From positions 93,888 to 157,887 of the forward strand of contig JADJWJ010000007.1 of assembly GCA_016716425.1 (NCBI GenBank): a stretch of DNA of 64,000 nucleotides, written 5' to 3'. Below, in pieces: positions 47,793 to 56,725 of this stretch. The translations under genes were made by a program, and so were the position numbers. Each line of letters begins with the position of its first letter. Within the stretch, counting starts at the first letter, position 1. The notes beneath the pieces were generated by a model that saw only the letters and a program-made list of their open reading frames with translations, was not told where the DNA came from and did no database searches. Source of the stretch: Betaproteobacteria bacterium. Its GTDB lineage: Bacteria; Pseudomonadota; Gammaproteobacteria; Burkholderiales; Casimicrobiaceae.

Positions 47793-48983
47793 TTAGGATG
47801 CGGCCGGCAGCGCGCCGCGGCGCGCGAGGCTCGCCATCAGCGCGCCCGTGCCGTACGTCCACGGCGCGATCCGGTCGGACGTGTTCACGCGATTGACGAG
47901 CGCGCCCAGCTTCGGCGTGGCGACCGTGACGACGTCGCCGACGACGTGCGTGAAGCCCAGGCCCGGGCCGTGGCGGTCCCGCGTAGGCGCGAACATCGTG
48001 CCCAGGAACAGCACGAAGCCGTCCGGATACTGGTGGTTGGGACCGATCGCCTGCGCGACGAGGTCGAGCGGGTCGCGGCTGATCAGTGCGAGCGCGCTCG
48101 TGCCGTCGAGAACGAATCCCTCGGGCCCCTCGACGCGCATCGCGAGCTCGCAGCGGCGCACGTCGTCGATGCCGAAGCGGTCGTCGAACAGTCGGATGAA
48201 CGGGCCGATCGCGCACGACGCGTTGTTGTCCTTCGCCTTGCCGAGCAGGAGCGCGCTGCGGCCCTCGAAGTCGCGCAGGTTGACGTCGTTGCCGAGCGTG
48301 GCGCCGACCGTGCGGCCGTGGCTGCCGACGACGAGCACGATCTCGGGCTCCGGGTTGTTCCACTCGGACTTCGGATGGATGCCGATCTCGGCGCCCGTGC
48401 CGACCGCCGACATCGGCTGCGACTTGGTGAAGATCTCGGCGTCCGGCCCGATGCCCACCTCGAGGTACTGCGACCAGGCGTGCTGCGCGATCAGCGCGTC
48501 CTTGAGCCGCGCGGCCTCCGGCGACCCCGGCCGCACGCGGGAGAGATCGTCGCCGATGATCGCGACGATCGCCTGCCGCACGCTCTGCGCTCTGGCCGGG
48601 TCGCCGCGCGCCTGCTCCTCGATCACGCGCTCGAGCATGCTGGCGACGAACGTGACGCCCGCCGCCTTGATCGCCTGCAGGTCGCACGGCGCGAGCAGCC
48701 ACGGCAGCGCGGGATCGCGCGCTTCCTCGGCCGAATTGATGAGTACCGGCGCGAGCGGCGCGATCACCGGCAGCGCGCCGGCGGCGCGGATCGCCGCCGC
48801 CGGATCGGGCAGGTTGGCGAGCGCGCTCGCGGTCGGCGCGACCGCCGTCAGGTCGACGAGGTCCTCGCCGCGCACGCCGACGAGCACCGCGCCTGCGACG
48901 GCAGGCACCCACGCGCGCCCGACCAGCGTCGCGGCGCCGCGGTCGACGGGAAGGGACGAGGCGATGGTGAGACGTTGCTGCAT
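47793..48983 (-). CDS. FAH-family protein, long form (XylX-type 2-keto-3-deoxy-aldonate dehydratase-like)
   Basis: 396 aa with an FAH C-domain, immediately upstream of the KGSADH-like gene as in Weimberg-type clusters. Confidence 0.7.
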   Translation of the reverse strand: MQQRLTIASSLPVDRGAATLVGRAWVPAVAGAVLVGVRGEDLVDLTAVAPTASALANLPDPAAAIRAAGALPVIAPLAPVLINSAEEARDPALPWLLAPCDLQAIKAAGVTFVASMLERVIEEQARGDPARAQSVRQAIVAIIGDDLSRVRPGSPEAARLKDALIAQHAWSQYLEVGIGPDAEIFTKSQPMSAVGTGAEIGIHPKSEWNNPEPEIVLVVGSHGRTVGATLGNDVNLRDFEGRSALLLGKAKDNNASCAIGPFIRLFDDRFGIDDVRRCELAMRVEGPEGFVLDGTSALALISRDPLDLVAQAIGPNHQYPDGFVLFLGTMFAPTRDRHGPGLGFTHVVGDVVTVATPKLGALVNRVNTSDRIAPWTYGTGALMASLARRGALPAAS

Positions 48984-49096
48984 CGAAAGGGTGCGGCAGC
49001 AGGCGGTGCCCGGAGGACCGACAGCATACCCGACGCGGGCGCCGCGAAGCTATGCCAAAATGGCGCGGCCACCCCCCGCGCACGATTCACCATCCG

Positions 49097-49873
49097 ATGA
49101 CTCAAGACACCCCTGCGCACGAAGCGGCCGCCCAAGCGCTGTACGATGCGCGCGTCGGCGGACACCTGCTGGCCGGACTGCCCGCTGCGTGCCGCCCGGC
49201 GACCGTTGACGACGCCCTGGCGATCCAGCGCCGCGTAAGTGAACTCGTCGCGCAGCCCGTCGGCGGCTGGAAGTGCTCGGTGCCGACCGGGCCGCGCCCC
49301 GTCGCGGCCGCGCCGATCTTCGCGCCGGCGATCCGGACGGCGTCGCCGTGCCAGCTCGAAGGCAGCGGCACGCTCGCGAAAGTCGAGCCGGAGGTCGCGT
49401 TCGTCCTGGGGCGCGACCTTCCCGCGCGGACGACGCCGTACGCCGACGACGAGATCCGCGCCGCCGTGCGCGAGGCGCGGCTCGTGCTCGAGTTGATCGG
49501 CGCACGCTACGTCGACCCCGCAGCGGTCACGTTTCCCGAACTGCTGGCGGACGGCATCGCCAACCTAGGCCTCTTCGTCGGACCCGTCCTGCCGGAGCCG
49601 TGGCAGCGCGCGCTCGAGGAATTCCCCGTCACCGTGACGCGCAACGGCGCGGCCTTCGCCACGCGCGACGGCAGGCATCCGGACGGCCATCCGCTGCGGC
49701 CGCTCGTCTGGCTGGCCAACTACCTCGCCGCGCGCGGCGACCCCCTGCGCGCCGGCCAGATCGTCACGACGGGATCGTATTGCGGCGTGATCGAGGTACC
49801 GGTCGGCGAGCCGCTCGCGTTCGCGTTCGGCGATCTCCCCTCGCTCGCGGTCACGTTGACGCGTCCCGCATGA
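49097..49873 (+). CDS. 2-keto-4-pentenoate hydratase/MhpD-family hydratase-decarboxylase
   Basis: GGWK...EPE.AF...TTGS pattern. Start at ATG 49097. Confidence 0.7.
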   Translation: MTQDTPAHEAAAQALYDARVGGHLLAGLPAACRPATVDDALAIQRRVSELVAQPVGGWKCSVPTGPRPVAAAPIFAPAIRTASPCQLEGSGTLAKVEPEVAFVLGRDLPARTTPYADDEIRAAVREARLVLELIGARYVDPAAVTFPELLADGIANLGLFVGPVLPEPWQRALEEFPVTVTRNGAAFATRDGRHPDGHPLRPLVWLANYLAARGDPLRAGQIVTTGSYCGVIEVPVGEPLAFAFGDLPSLAVTLTRPA

Positions 49874-49907
49874 CGGGCACGCCGCACGCGCCGGAAGTGC
49901 GCGTCCG

Positions 49908-50594
49908 ATGAGCCTCGCCGGCATGGGCTGTGTCGCGATCTGGCACGACATCGAGCCGGCGGCGCGCGACGACTTTCACGAGTGGCACAACCGCGAGCAC
50001 ATGCCGGAGCGCGTCGGCATCCCCGGCTTCCGGCGCGGCCGCCGCTACGTCGCGCTGCGCGGCGCGCCCGAGTACTTCAACCTGTACGAGGCGGACAGCC
50101 CCGAGACGCTCGCCGGGCAGGATTACCTCAACCGGCTGAACGCGCCCACCGCGTGGACGCAGCGCGTCATCCCGTCGTTCCGCAACGTTGCGCGCGCGAT
50201 CTGCCGCGTCGCGTTCACCAACGGCGTGGGCAGCGGCGGCATCGTGCTGACGCTGCGCTTCGCGATTCCCGACGGGCAGCGCGACGGCACGGTCGACGCG
50301 CTGCGTCGCCGCCTGCTGCCGCCACTGCTGTACCGCGTCGGCGTGACCGGCGTGCACCTGCTGCTCGCCGACGACGCGGCGAGCCGCGTCGAGACGGCCG
50401 AGCGGCGCACGCGCGGCAACGCCACCGACGTGCCCGCGTGGATCGTGCTGGTCGAGGGCATCGGCGTGCCCGAGGTCGACGCCGCGGCCGACGACTTGGC
50501 ACCCGCGCTGGGCGCCCACGGCGCGGCGGGCGTCGACCGCGCGATCTACCGCCTCGAGAACACGCGTCTCAAGACGCCGTGGGCCGCGGGCTGA
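49908..50594 (+). CDS. Conserved hypothetical protein (two similar alpha+beta halves)
   Basis: 228 aa with good coding composition. AIWHDIEPAARDDFHEWHNREHMPERVGIPGF N-terminus. No family confidently recognised. Confidence 0.55.
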   Translation: MSLAGMGCVAIWHDIEPAARDDFHEWHNREHMPERVGIPGFRRGRRYVALRGAPEYFNLYEADSPETLAGQDYLNRLNAPTAWTQRVIPSFRNVARAICRVAFTNGVGSGGIVLTLRFAIPDGQRDGTVDALRRRLLPPLLYRVGVTGVHLLLADDAASRVETAERRTRGNATDVPAWIVLVEGIGVPEVDAAADDLAPALGAHGAAGVDRAIYRLENTRLKTPWAAG

Positions 50595-50614
50595 ACGCCT
50601 GGCAGGAGACCCCG

Positions 50615-51022
50615 ATGGCCATCGTACCCCCGATCGAATACGCCGACGCGTCGCCCGCCGTGCGCGCCGTCTACGACGACATCATGACCACGCGCCGCGT
50701 GGACTCGGTCAACAACTTCTGGAAGGTGCTCGCCAACGATCCGGCGAACCTGCAGCGCGTCTGGGAGAGTGTGAAGTCGGTCATGGCGCCCGGCGCGCTC
50801 GACGCGCTGACGAAGGAGCTCCTGTACGTCGCGGTGTCGGTCACCAACAACTGCGAGTACTGCATCCTGTCGCACACGGCCGGCGCGCGTGCGAAGGGCA
50901 TGACGACGGCGATGTTCAACGAGCTGATGGCGGTCGTCGCGCTCGCCAACGAGACCAACCGGCTGTCCAACGGCTACCGCATCGACGTCGACGACCGGTT
51001 CCGCGACCCGCTGCCGCCCTGA
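50615..51022 (+). CDS. Carboxymuconolactone decarboxylase (AhpD-like) family protein
   Basis: NNCEYCILSH CxxC...H motif. AGGAGA precedes the ATG. Confidence 0.85.
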   Translation: MAIVPPIEYADASPAVRAVYDDIMTTRRVDSVNNFWKVLANDPANLQRVWESVKSVMAPGALDALTKELLYVAVSVTNNCEYCILSHTAGARAKGMTTAMFNELMAVVALANETNRLSNGYRIDVDDRFRDPLPP

Positions 51023-51027
51023 CGCCC

Positions 51028-52011
51028 GTGCCACCGACCGACGCCGCCCGGCGCGGCGCCTCCGACGCCGCGCTCTTCCCCGAGATCACGCCGCATGCCA
51101 CGGGCCGGCTGGCGCTCGACGCCGTGCACACGCTGCACTGGGAGGCGTGCGGCAATCCCGCCGGCGTGCCGCTCGTGTTCCTGCACGGCGGCCCCGGCGG
51201 CGGCTGCATGCCGCACCACCGCCGCTACTACGACCCGGCGTTCTGGAACATCGTCCTGTACGACCAGCGCGGCGCCGGGCGCTCGACGCCCGTCGCGTCG
51301 CTCACCGACAACACGACGCCACACCTCGTCGCGGACCTGGAGCGGTTGCGCGAGGCGCTTCGCGTCGAGCGCTGGCTGGTGTTCGGCGGCTCGTGGGGCG
51401 CCACGCTCGCGCTCGCGTACGCGCAGGCGCACCCGCAGCGCGTGCTGGGGCTCGTGCTGCGCGGTGTGTTCCTCGCGACCACGCGCGAGATCGACTGGTT
51501 CATGCACGGCATCCGGACGATTTTTCCGGAAGCATGGGGCGCGTTCGCCGGGTTCCTCCCGGCGGACGAGCGCGCGGACCTTCTCCGCAGCTACCACCGC
51601 CGCCTCACCGATCCCGACCCCGCCGTCCACCTGCCGGCGGCGCATGCGTGGGACCGCTACGAAAGCGCGTGCTCGACGCTGCTGCCGCAGCCCGACGCCG
51701 CCGCGAAGTTCGACGGCGATGCGGCGGCGCTCGCGATCGCGCGGATCGAGGCCCACTACTTCGTCCACGAGGGATTCCTCGCGCCAGACCAGCTTCTGCA
51801 CGGCGTGCCGCGGATCCGGCACCTGCCCTGCACGATCGTGCAGGGCCGCTACGACATCGTGTGCCCGCCGGTGACCGCCGACGCGCTCGCGCGCGCGTGG
51901 CCGGAGGCGGAGTACGTCGTCGTGCCCGATGCCGGCCACTCGGTGCGCGAGCCCGGCATCACGCGCGAGCTGATCGCGGCGGTGCGCCGGATGCAGGCGC
52001 GGCTCGGGTAG
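51028..52011 (+). CDS. pip: Prolyl aminopeptidase (proline iminopeptidase)
   Basis: LHGGPGGG and GGSWGATLAL motifs and a Pip-like C-terminus. GTG start. Confidence 0.9.
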   Translation: MPPTDAARRGASDAALFPEITPHATGRLALDAVHTLHWEACGNPAGVPLVFLHGGPGGGCMPHHRRYYDPAFWNIVLYDQRGAGRSTPVASLTDNTTPHLVADLERLREALRVERWLVFGGSWGATLALAYAQAHPQRVLGLVLRGVFLATTREIDWFMHGIRTIFPEAWGAFAGFLPADERADLLRSYHRRLTDPDPAVHLPAAHAWDRYESACSTLLPQPDAAAKFDGDAAALAIARIEAHYFVHEGFLAPDQLLHGVPRIRHLPCTIVQGRYDIVCPPVTADALARAWPEAEYVVVPDAGHSVREPGITRELIAAVRRMQARLG

Positions 52012-52018
52012 CGCTGCA

Positions 52019-52290
52019 TTGCGAGCGGGAGCTTCCGTCCCCGGCGCGGGCGCCCCGGGCACGTTGCGGCTGCACCGACCCGGCGACATCGGCCGGGTCG
52101 TCATGGCGCACGGCGAGTTCTACGCGCGCGAGTGCGGCCGGGACGGGCGGCTCGAGGCACTGGTGGCGAAGGTCGCCGCGGAGTTCGTCGCGCGCTGCGA
52201 CGCGCGTCGCGAGCGCTGCCGGATCGCCGAGCGTGACGGCGAGCGCGTCGGCTCCGTGTGCCTCGTGCGCGAATCGGATGCGCAGCTCGA
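52019..52290 (+). pseudogene. GNAT acetyltransferase remnant (N-terminal about 85 aa of the GNAT domain only)
   Basis: LRLHRPGDIGRVVMAHGEFYARECG...RCRIAERDGERVGSVCLVRESDAQ resembles the start of MarR-GNAT-type proteins. The acetyl-CoA (R/Q-x-x-G-x-G/A) motif region is missing and only about 130 bp remain before the next gene. Confidence 0.4.
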
Positions 52291-52423
52291 CTTCGTCGCC
52301 GAGCGGCGGCCACGCGAAGTCCATGGCAATGTCGCGGGGTGGGATTGCCGCGGCTGGAAGGCGAACTCGGCACGGGCCGGCGCGACCGCGGCGCACGGCA
52401 GCGCGCCGGCCCGCCGCATGGCG

Positions 52424-52996
52424 CTACTCCCGGACGGCCTCGACCGGGATGACGATCCGTACCTCGTCGCCAGCCACGTTCGGGACGCCGAAGGTCATGC
52501 CGAAGTCGGACCGGCGGATCGTCGCCGTCGCTTCCGCGCCGCACATCGGCCGCCGCGTGAACGGCTGCGTGCCACACTTGAAATCGGCGATCTGCAGCGT
52601 CACCGGCCGCGTGACGTCGAGCAGCGTCAGCTCGCCGCGGGCGGCGACCGGGACGTCGCCTGCGAACGCGACGTCGCGCGACGCGAAGCTCATCGTCGGA
52701 AACCGGTCGCTGGCGAAGAAGTCGTCGCGCTTCAGGACATCGGTGAGCACGCGTGAACCCGTGACGATCGAGCCGGTGCCGATCACCACGTCGATCGAGC
52801 CCGTCCTCGCGGCGCGGTCGAGCGTGATCCGGCCGGACGTGTTCGTGAAGAACCCGCGCTGCCGCGAGATGCCGCCGTTGTGCGCGATCTCGAACATCGG
52901 CGTCGTGTGCGTGCCGTCGATGACGTAGACCTCCTGCGCCACCGCGGGCAGCGTCGGCGCGAGCGCGAAAGCGGCGAGGATGAGCAGCGGCGGCAT
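52424..52996 (-). CDS. YceI-family periplasmic protein
   Basis: A signal peptide followed by YVIDGTHTTPMFEI...D.F.S..FP YceI motifs. Confidence 0.85.
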   Translation of the reverse strand: MPPLLILAAFALAPTLPAVAQEVYVIDGTHTTPMFEIAHNGGISRQRGFFTNTSGRITLDRAARTGSIDVVIGTGSIVTGSRVLTDVLKRDDFFASDRFPTMSFASRDVAFAGDVPVAARGELTLLDVTRPVTLQIADFKCGTQPFTRRPMCGAEATATIRRSDFGMTFGVPNVAGDEVRIVIPVEAVRE

Positions 52997-53015
52997 CGGC
53001 GGCCTGCGGCGCTCG

Positions 53016-53579
53016 TCAGCCGGCGCGCGGCAGTACCATCCGCACGCGCACGAGCACGTCGTCCGCGACGACCGCGGGATCCGACCACGGGCCGCTGCCG
53101 ACGCCGAAATCGAGGCGCCGGAGCGTGAACTGCCCCTCCGCCACCGAAAGTCCCGCGGCGTCCCTGCGCAGCTGCACGGGAATGACGATGTCGCGCGTGG
53201 CGCCCTTGAGCGTCAGGCGGCCCGCGATCTCGTAGCGGTCGGCGCCCAGGTCCTTCAGCGCCGACGAGCGGAACGTCGCCTGCGGGAACCGGGCCGTGTC
53301 GAACCAGACCGGCCGCCGCACCTCGGCCTCGGATTCCTCGCTCGCAAGGTCGATGCTCGCGAGGTCGATCTCGAAGTCGGCACGCGAGCGCGCGAGGTCC
53401 TGCGGCCGGAAGTCGACGCTCGCCTTCCACTTGCGGAAGCGGCCCTCGACGGTCGCACCCAGCTGCTTGGACACGAAGCGGATCTCGCTCCTCTCGACCA
53501 GCACGCCCTGTGCAGCCGCGCCCGTGGCCGCGAGCAGCAGCACGGCGAGCGAAGGGACGAACGGGTGAAGGATGCGCAT
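53016..53579 (-). CDS. YceI-family periplasmic protein
   Basis: ATG 53579 (MRILHPFVPSLAVLLLAATGAAAQ) and a YceI-like body (FDTARFPQATF...L.L.G). Confidence 0.85.
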   Translation of the reverse strand: MRILHPFVPSLAVLLLAATGAAAQGVLVERSEIRFVSKQLGATVEGRFRKWKASVDFRPQDLARSRADFEIDLASIDLASEESEAEVRRPVWFDTARFPQATFRSSALKDLGADRYEIAGRLTLKGATRDIVIPVQLRRDAAGLSVAEGQFTLRRLDFGVGSGPWSDPAVVADDVLVRVRMVLPRAG

Positions 53580-53683
53580 GGCTGGCAGTGGGGCCCCTGG
53601 CGGCCGCGGGTCGCGAATCGTAACGGTCTGACCCTCGTCCTGGTCGTGAATCGAAGCGCCGTCGGCGCGATTGCAGCGGATCG

Positions 53684-54226
53684 TCAGCGCCGCCACGGCA
53701 GCATGCGTTCGAGCACGCCGTCGCGCGCGACGAGCCGATGCCGCAGCGCCGCCGCGACATGGACTGTGACCGCGACGGCAAGCGTGAAGTTCAGCGACTG
53801 GTGCAGGAGCAGCAGCCACCGCGCGACCTCGCGGTCCTTGCCGATCAGGTTCGGCAACGGCACCGCGCCGAGGTAGACGACCGACACGCCGGTGGCCGAG
53901 CTGTACAGCCAGCCGGAAACGGGAATGGCGAGCAGCAGCGCGTACAGCAGCCGATGGACCGCCGTGGCGGCGTGTCGCTGCCACGGCGGCACGCCGTCCG
54001 GCAGCGGCGGCGGCGGCACCGCCGCGCGCCACGCGAGCCGGGCGGCAGCGACGACGAAGACCGTGATGCCGATCCACTTGTGCCACGCGAAGTACTCGAG
54101 CCTGGCCGGCGAGAAGTCGAGGCCGGTCATGTAGAGCCCGAGCGCGAACCCGCCGACGACCAGCGCCGCGGTCGTCCAGTGCAGTGCGATCGCCACACCT
54201 CCGTACCGGGCCGCTCCAGCCGTCAT
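53684..54226 (-). CDS. cybB: Cytochrome b561
   Basis: 180 aa, 4 TM helices, conserved His pattern (ALHW..., HKWIG, HRLLY, LHQSL). Confidence 0.85.
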   Translation of the reverse strand: MTAGAARYGGVAIALHWTTAALVVGGFALGLYMTGLDFSPARLEYFAWHKWIGITVFVVAAARLAWRAAVPPPPLPDGVPPWQRHAATAVHRLLYALLLAIPVSGWLYSSATGVSVVYLGAVPLPNLIGKDREVARWLLLLHQSLNFTLAVAVTVHVAAALRHRLVARDGVLERMLPWRR

Positions 54227-54297
54227 CGTCCGTCATTGTCGTGTCGGCGCGTGCGCGCGGCAAATCCCGCGGCGACGGCGCGGCCGGCACGCGCCGC

Positions 54298-54303
54298 TAT
54301 AAT
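54298..54303 (+). promoter_or_regulatory. Candidate -10 box (TATAAT) for the patatin-Omp85 gene
   Basis: A perfect TATAAT lies about 100 nt upstream of the GGAGG at 54404-54408. Confidence 0.35.
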
Positions 54304-54337
54304 CGCGCCACCTCCGCCGCCCCACGATCGAGCGCCC

Positions 54338-56725
54338 TTGCGCGAATTCCCGCCCCGCCCTCTGTACGCGCGCCGCGATCCTTCGCCGGCGACCGTCCAG
54401 GAAGGAGGCAACCGCGCGGCACCGCGTGTTGTTTCGGCGCTGTGGGCGACGGCATTCGCCGTCGCACTGGCCTGCGCATCGCCGGCGCTCGCGCAACCGG
54501 ATCGCCAGGCACCGGCGGCCGAGGCCCCGGCCCCGGCGCCCGCCAAGCCGCGTCCGAAGGTCGGCCTCGTTCTCTCCGGGGGCGGCGCGCGCGGCCTCAC
54601 GCACGTCGGTGTGCTCGAAGTGCTGCACGAGATGCGCATCCCGATCGACTACATCGCGGCGACGTCGATGGGCGCGATCGTCGGCGGCTTGTATGCGAGC
54701 GGCATGACGCCCGACGCGATGCAGCGGCACCTGGGCGCGGTCAGCTGGCCGACGCTGCTGTCCGACAGCCCGCCGCGGCAGGACGTCGCGTTCCGGCGCA
54801 AGGAGGAGGTGTCGGCGTTCCCGCTCGGCTTCGAACTCGGCTACAGCGACGGCCAGATACTGTGGTTCAAGGGCGCGCTCTCCGGCAGCAACCTCGAGCT
54901 CTTCCTGCACGAGCTCACCCGCAGCGTCGACACGATCAACGACTTCGACAAGTTGCCGATCCCGTTCCGGGCCGTGGCCACGAACATGGTGAACGGCAAG
55001 GAGGTCGTGTTCGACCGCGGCCGGCTCTACCACGCGATGCGCGCGAGCATGTCGGTGCCGGGAATGTTCGCGCCGCTGGAGCTCGACGGGAAGATCTACG
55101 GCGACGGCGGCCTCGTCAACAACCTGCCGGTGGACGTCGTGCGCGCGATGGGCGCCGAAGTCGTCATTGCGGTCAACATCGGCACGCCGCTCATGTCGCG
55201 CGACCAGCTGCAGTCGGTCGCGGGCTACGCGACGCAGATGATCAACATCCTGACCGAGCAGAACGTGCGCGCGCAGCTCGCGCAGTTGCGACCCGGCGAC
55301 ATCCTGATCTCGCCGGACCTGGGCAACCTGACATTCATCGACTTCGCCGCGGCACCGCGCTTCGTCGAGCTCGGCCGGGAAGCGGCAGAGGCGATGCGGC
55401 CGCAGCTGGCAGCGCTGGCCGACACACCCGCGTCGTTCGCCGCCCGCGGGAAGCGTGACGTCGCGCCGCCGCTGCCCGAGCGGCTGGACTTCGTGACCAT
55501 CGAGGGCACGAAGTACGCGAACCCGGACGTGCTGGAAGAGCAGATGCGCACCCGGGAAGGCGGCCCGCTCGACATTAAGGTACTGGAAGGCGACCTCGCC
55601 CGGCTGCACGGGCGCGGCGAGTTCGAGGAGATCGACTACGAGGTCGTCACCATCGGCAGGCAGCAGGGACTCGTCGTCAAGGTGACCGAGAAGTCGTGGG
55701 GGCCGAACTTCCTGCGCTTCGGGCTCTCGCTGTCGACGGACCTGCAGGGGGAGACCTGGTTCAACCTGATGGCCGGCCACAAGCGCGTCTGGGTAAACCG
55801 GCTCGGCGCCGAGTGGACGAACGAGATCATTCTCGGTTCCACGCGCCGCTACGCGACCGAGTTCTACCAGCCGCTGACGCTCTCCAACCGCGTGTTCACC
55901 GCCGCCTACGGGCTCGTCCAGCGCGCGCCCGAGTATGCGTTCGACGGCGCGACCCGCGAGGCCGAGTACGACGTGCTGACGCAGACCGCCGGGCTGGACC
56001 TCGGGGTCCCGTTCGGCACCGCCGGCGAGCTGCGCGTCGGCTTCAAGTGGGAGCACAAGCGCGAGGACCCGGTCATCGCGCCCGCGGTCGTCGATCCGAA
56101 CCTGCTGATTCCCAACTTCACGGTCAAGTCCGACGAGACCGGCGCCCGCGTGCTGTTCCGCTGGGACACCCTCGACAACCCGTACTTCCCGCGCCAGGGC
56201 GTCCGCGTCAACGCCGAGGGGTTCTTCGGCAACCGTTCGGTCTCGCTGCCGACGTGCCCGGTCGACGTCTGCAGCCTGCCCCGCGAGCCGTCGTCCCGCG
56301 CCGGCGTGTACGCCAACGTGGCCGTGCCGCTCGGCCGGCGCGACTTCCTCAACGTGGCCGGGCAGGTCGGCGCGATCACGCGCACGCGCGTGTACGATCC
56401 GTTCTCCGACTTCAACCTGGGCGGTTTCCTGCAGCTCTCCGGTCTGCGCACCGGGCAGCTGTCCGGCGACTACCTGGGCTTCGCGCGCGCCGTGTACTAC
56501 CACCAGATCGGCAACCTGCCGCTGCTGGGCCGCGGCGTGTACGTCGGCGGCTCGCTCGAAGCGGGCGACGTCTGGGCCGAGCGCAGCGACGTCTCGCTGA
56601 AAGGCATCTACACGGCCGGCAGCGTGTTCGTCGCCGCCGACACCTGGATCGGGCCGTTCTATTTCGCATGGGGCCGTGCGAGCGGCGGCGCCACCAGCTT
56701 CTACATCTACCTTGGCCGCCTCTGA
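54338..56725 (+). CDS. Patatin-like phospholipase fused to POTRA and an Omp85/BamA-like beta-barrel (PlpD-type, type Vd secretion)
   Basis: SGGGARG, ATSMGA and GDGG patatin motifs, then a roughly 450-aa surface-antigen-like C-terminus ending in an aromatic-rich barrel. The start is unresolved; 54338 is the nearest in-frame TTG (see findings). Confidence 0.8.
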   Translation: MREFPPRPLYARRDPSPATVQEGGNRAAPRVVSALWATAFAVALACASPALAQPDRQAPAAEAPAPAPAKPRPKVGLVLSGGGARGLTHVGVLEVLHEMRIPIDYIAATSMGAIVGGLYASGMTPDAMQRHLGAVSWPTLLSDSPPRQDVAFRRKEEVSAFPLGFELGYSDGQILWFKGALSGSNLELFLHELTRSVDTINDFDKLPIPFRAVATNMVNGKEVVFDRGRLYHAMRASMSVPGMFAPLELDGKIYGDGGLVNNLPVDVVRAMGAEVVIAVNIGTPLMSRDQLQSVAGYATQMINILTEQNVRAQLAQLRPGDILISPDLGNLTFIDFAAAPRFVELGREAAEAMRPQLAALADTPASFAARGKRDVAPPLPERLDFVTIEGTKYANPDVLEEQMRTREGGPLDIKVLEGDLARLHGRGEFEEIDYEVVTIGRQQGLVVKVTEKSWGPNFLRFGLSLSTDLQGETWFNLMAGHKRVWVNRLGAEWTNEIILGSTRRYATEFYQPLTLSNRVFTAAYGLVQRAPEYAFDGATREAEYDVLTQTAGLDLGVPFGTAGELRVGFKWEHKREDPVIAPAVVDPNLLIPNFTVKSDETGARVLFRWDTLDNPYFPRQGVRVNAEGFFGNRSVSLPTCPVDVCSLPREPSSRAGVYANVAVPLGRRDFLNVAGQVGAITRTRVYDPFSDFNLGGFLQLSGLRTGQLSGDYLGFARAVYYHQIGNLPLLGRGVYVGGSLEAGDVWAERSDVSLKGIYTAGSVFVAADTWIGPFYFAWGRASGGATSFYIYLGRL

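Noticed and set aside
46294-49083. 929-aa ORF extending the aldehyde dehydrogenase upstream
   Set aside because: The N-terminal roughly 450 aa are an out-of-frame shadow over the FAH-family gene. The canonical ALDH N-terminus MAEQFRNYIAGEWV starts at 47733.
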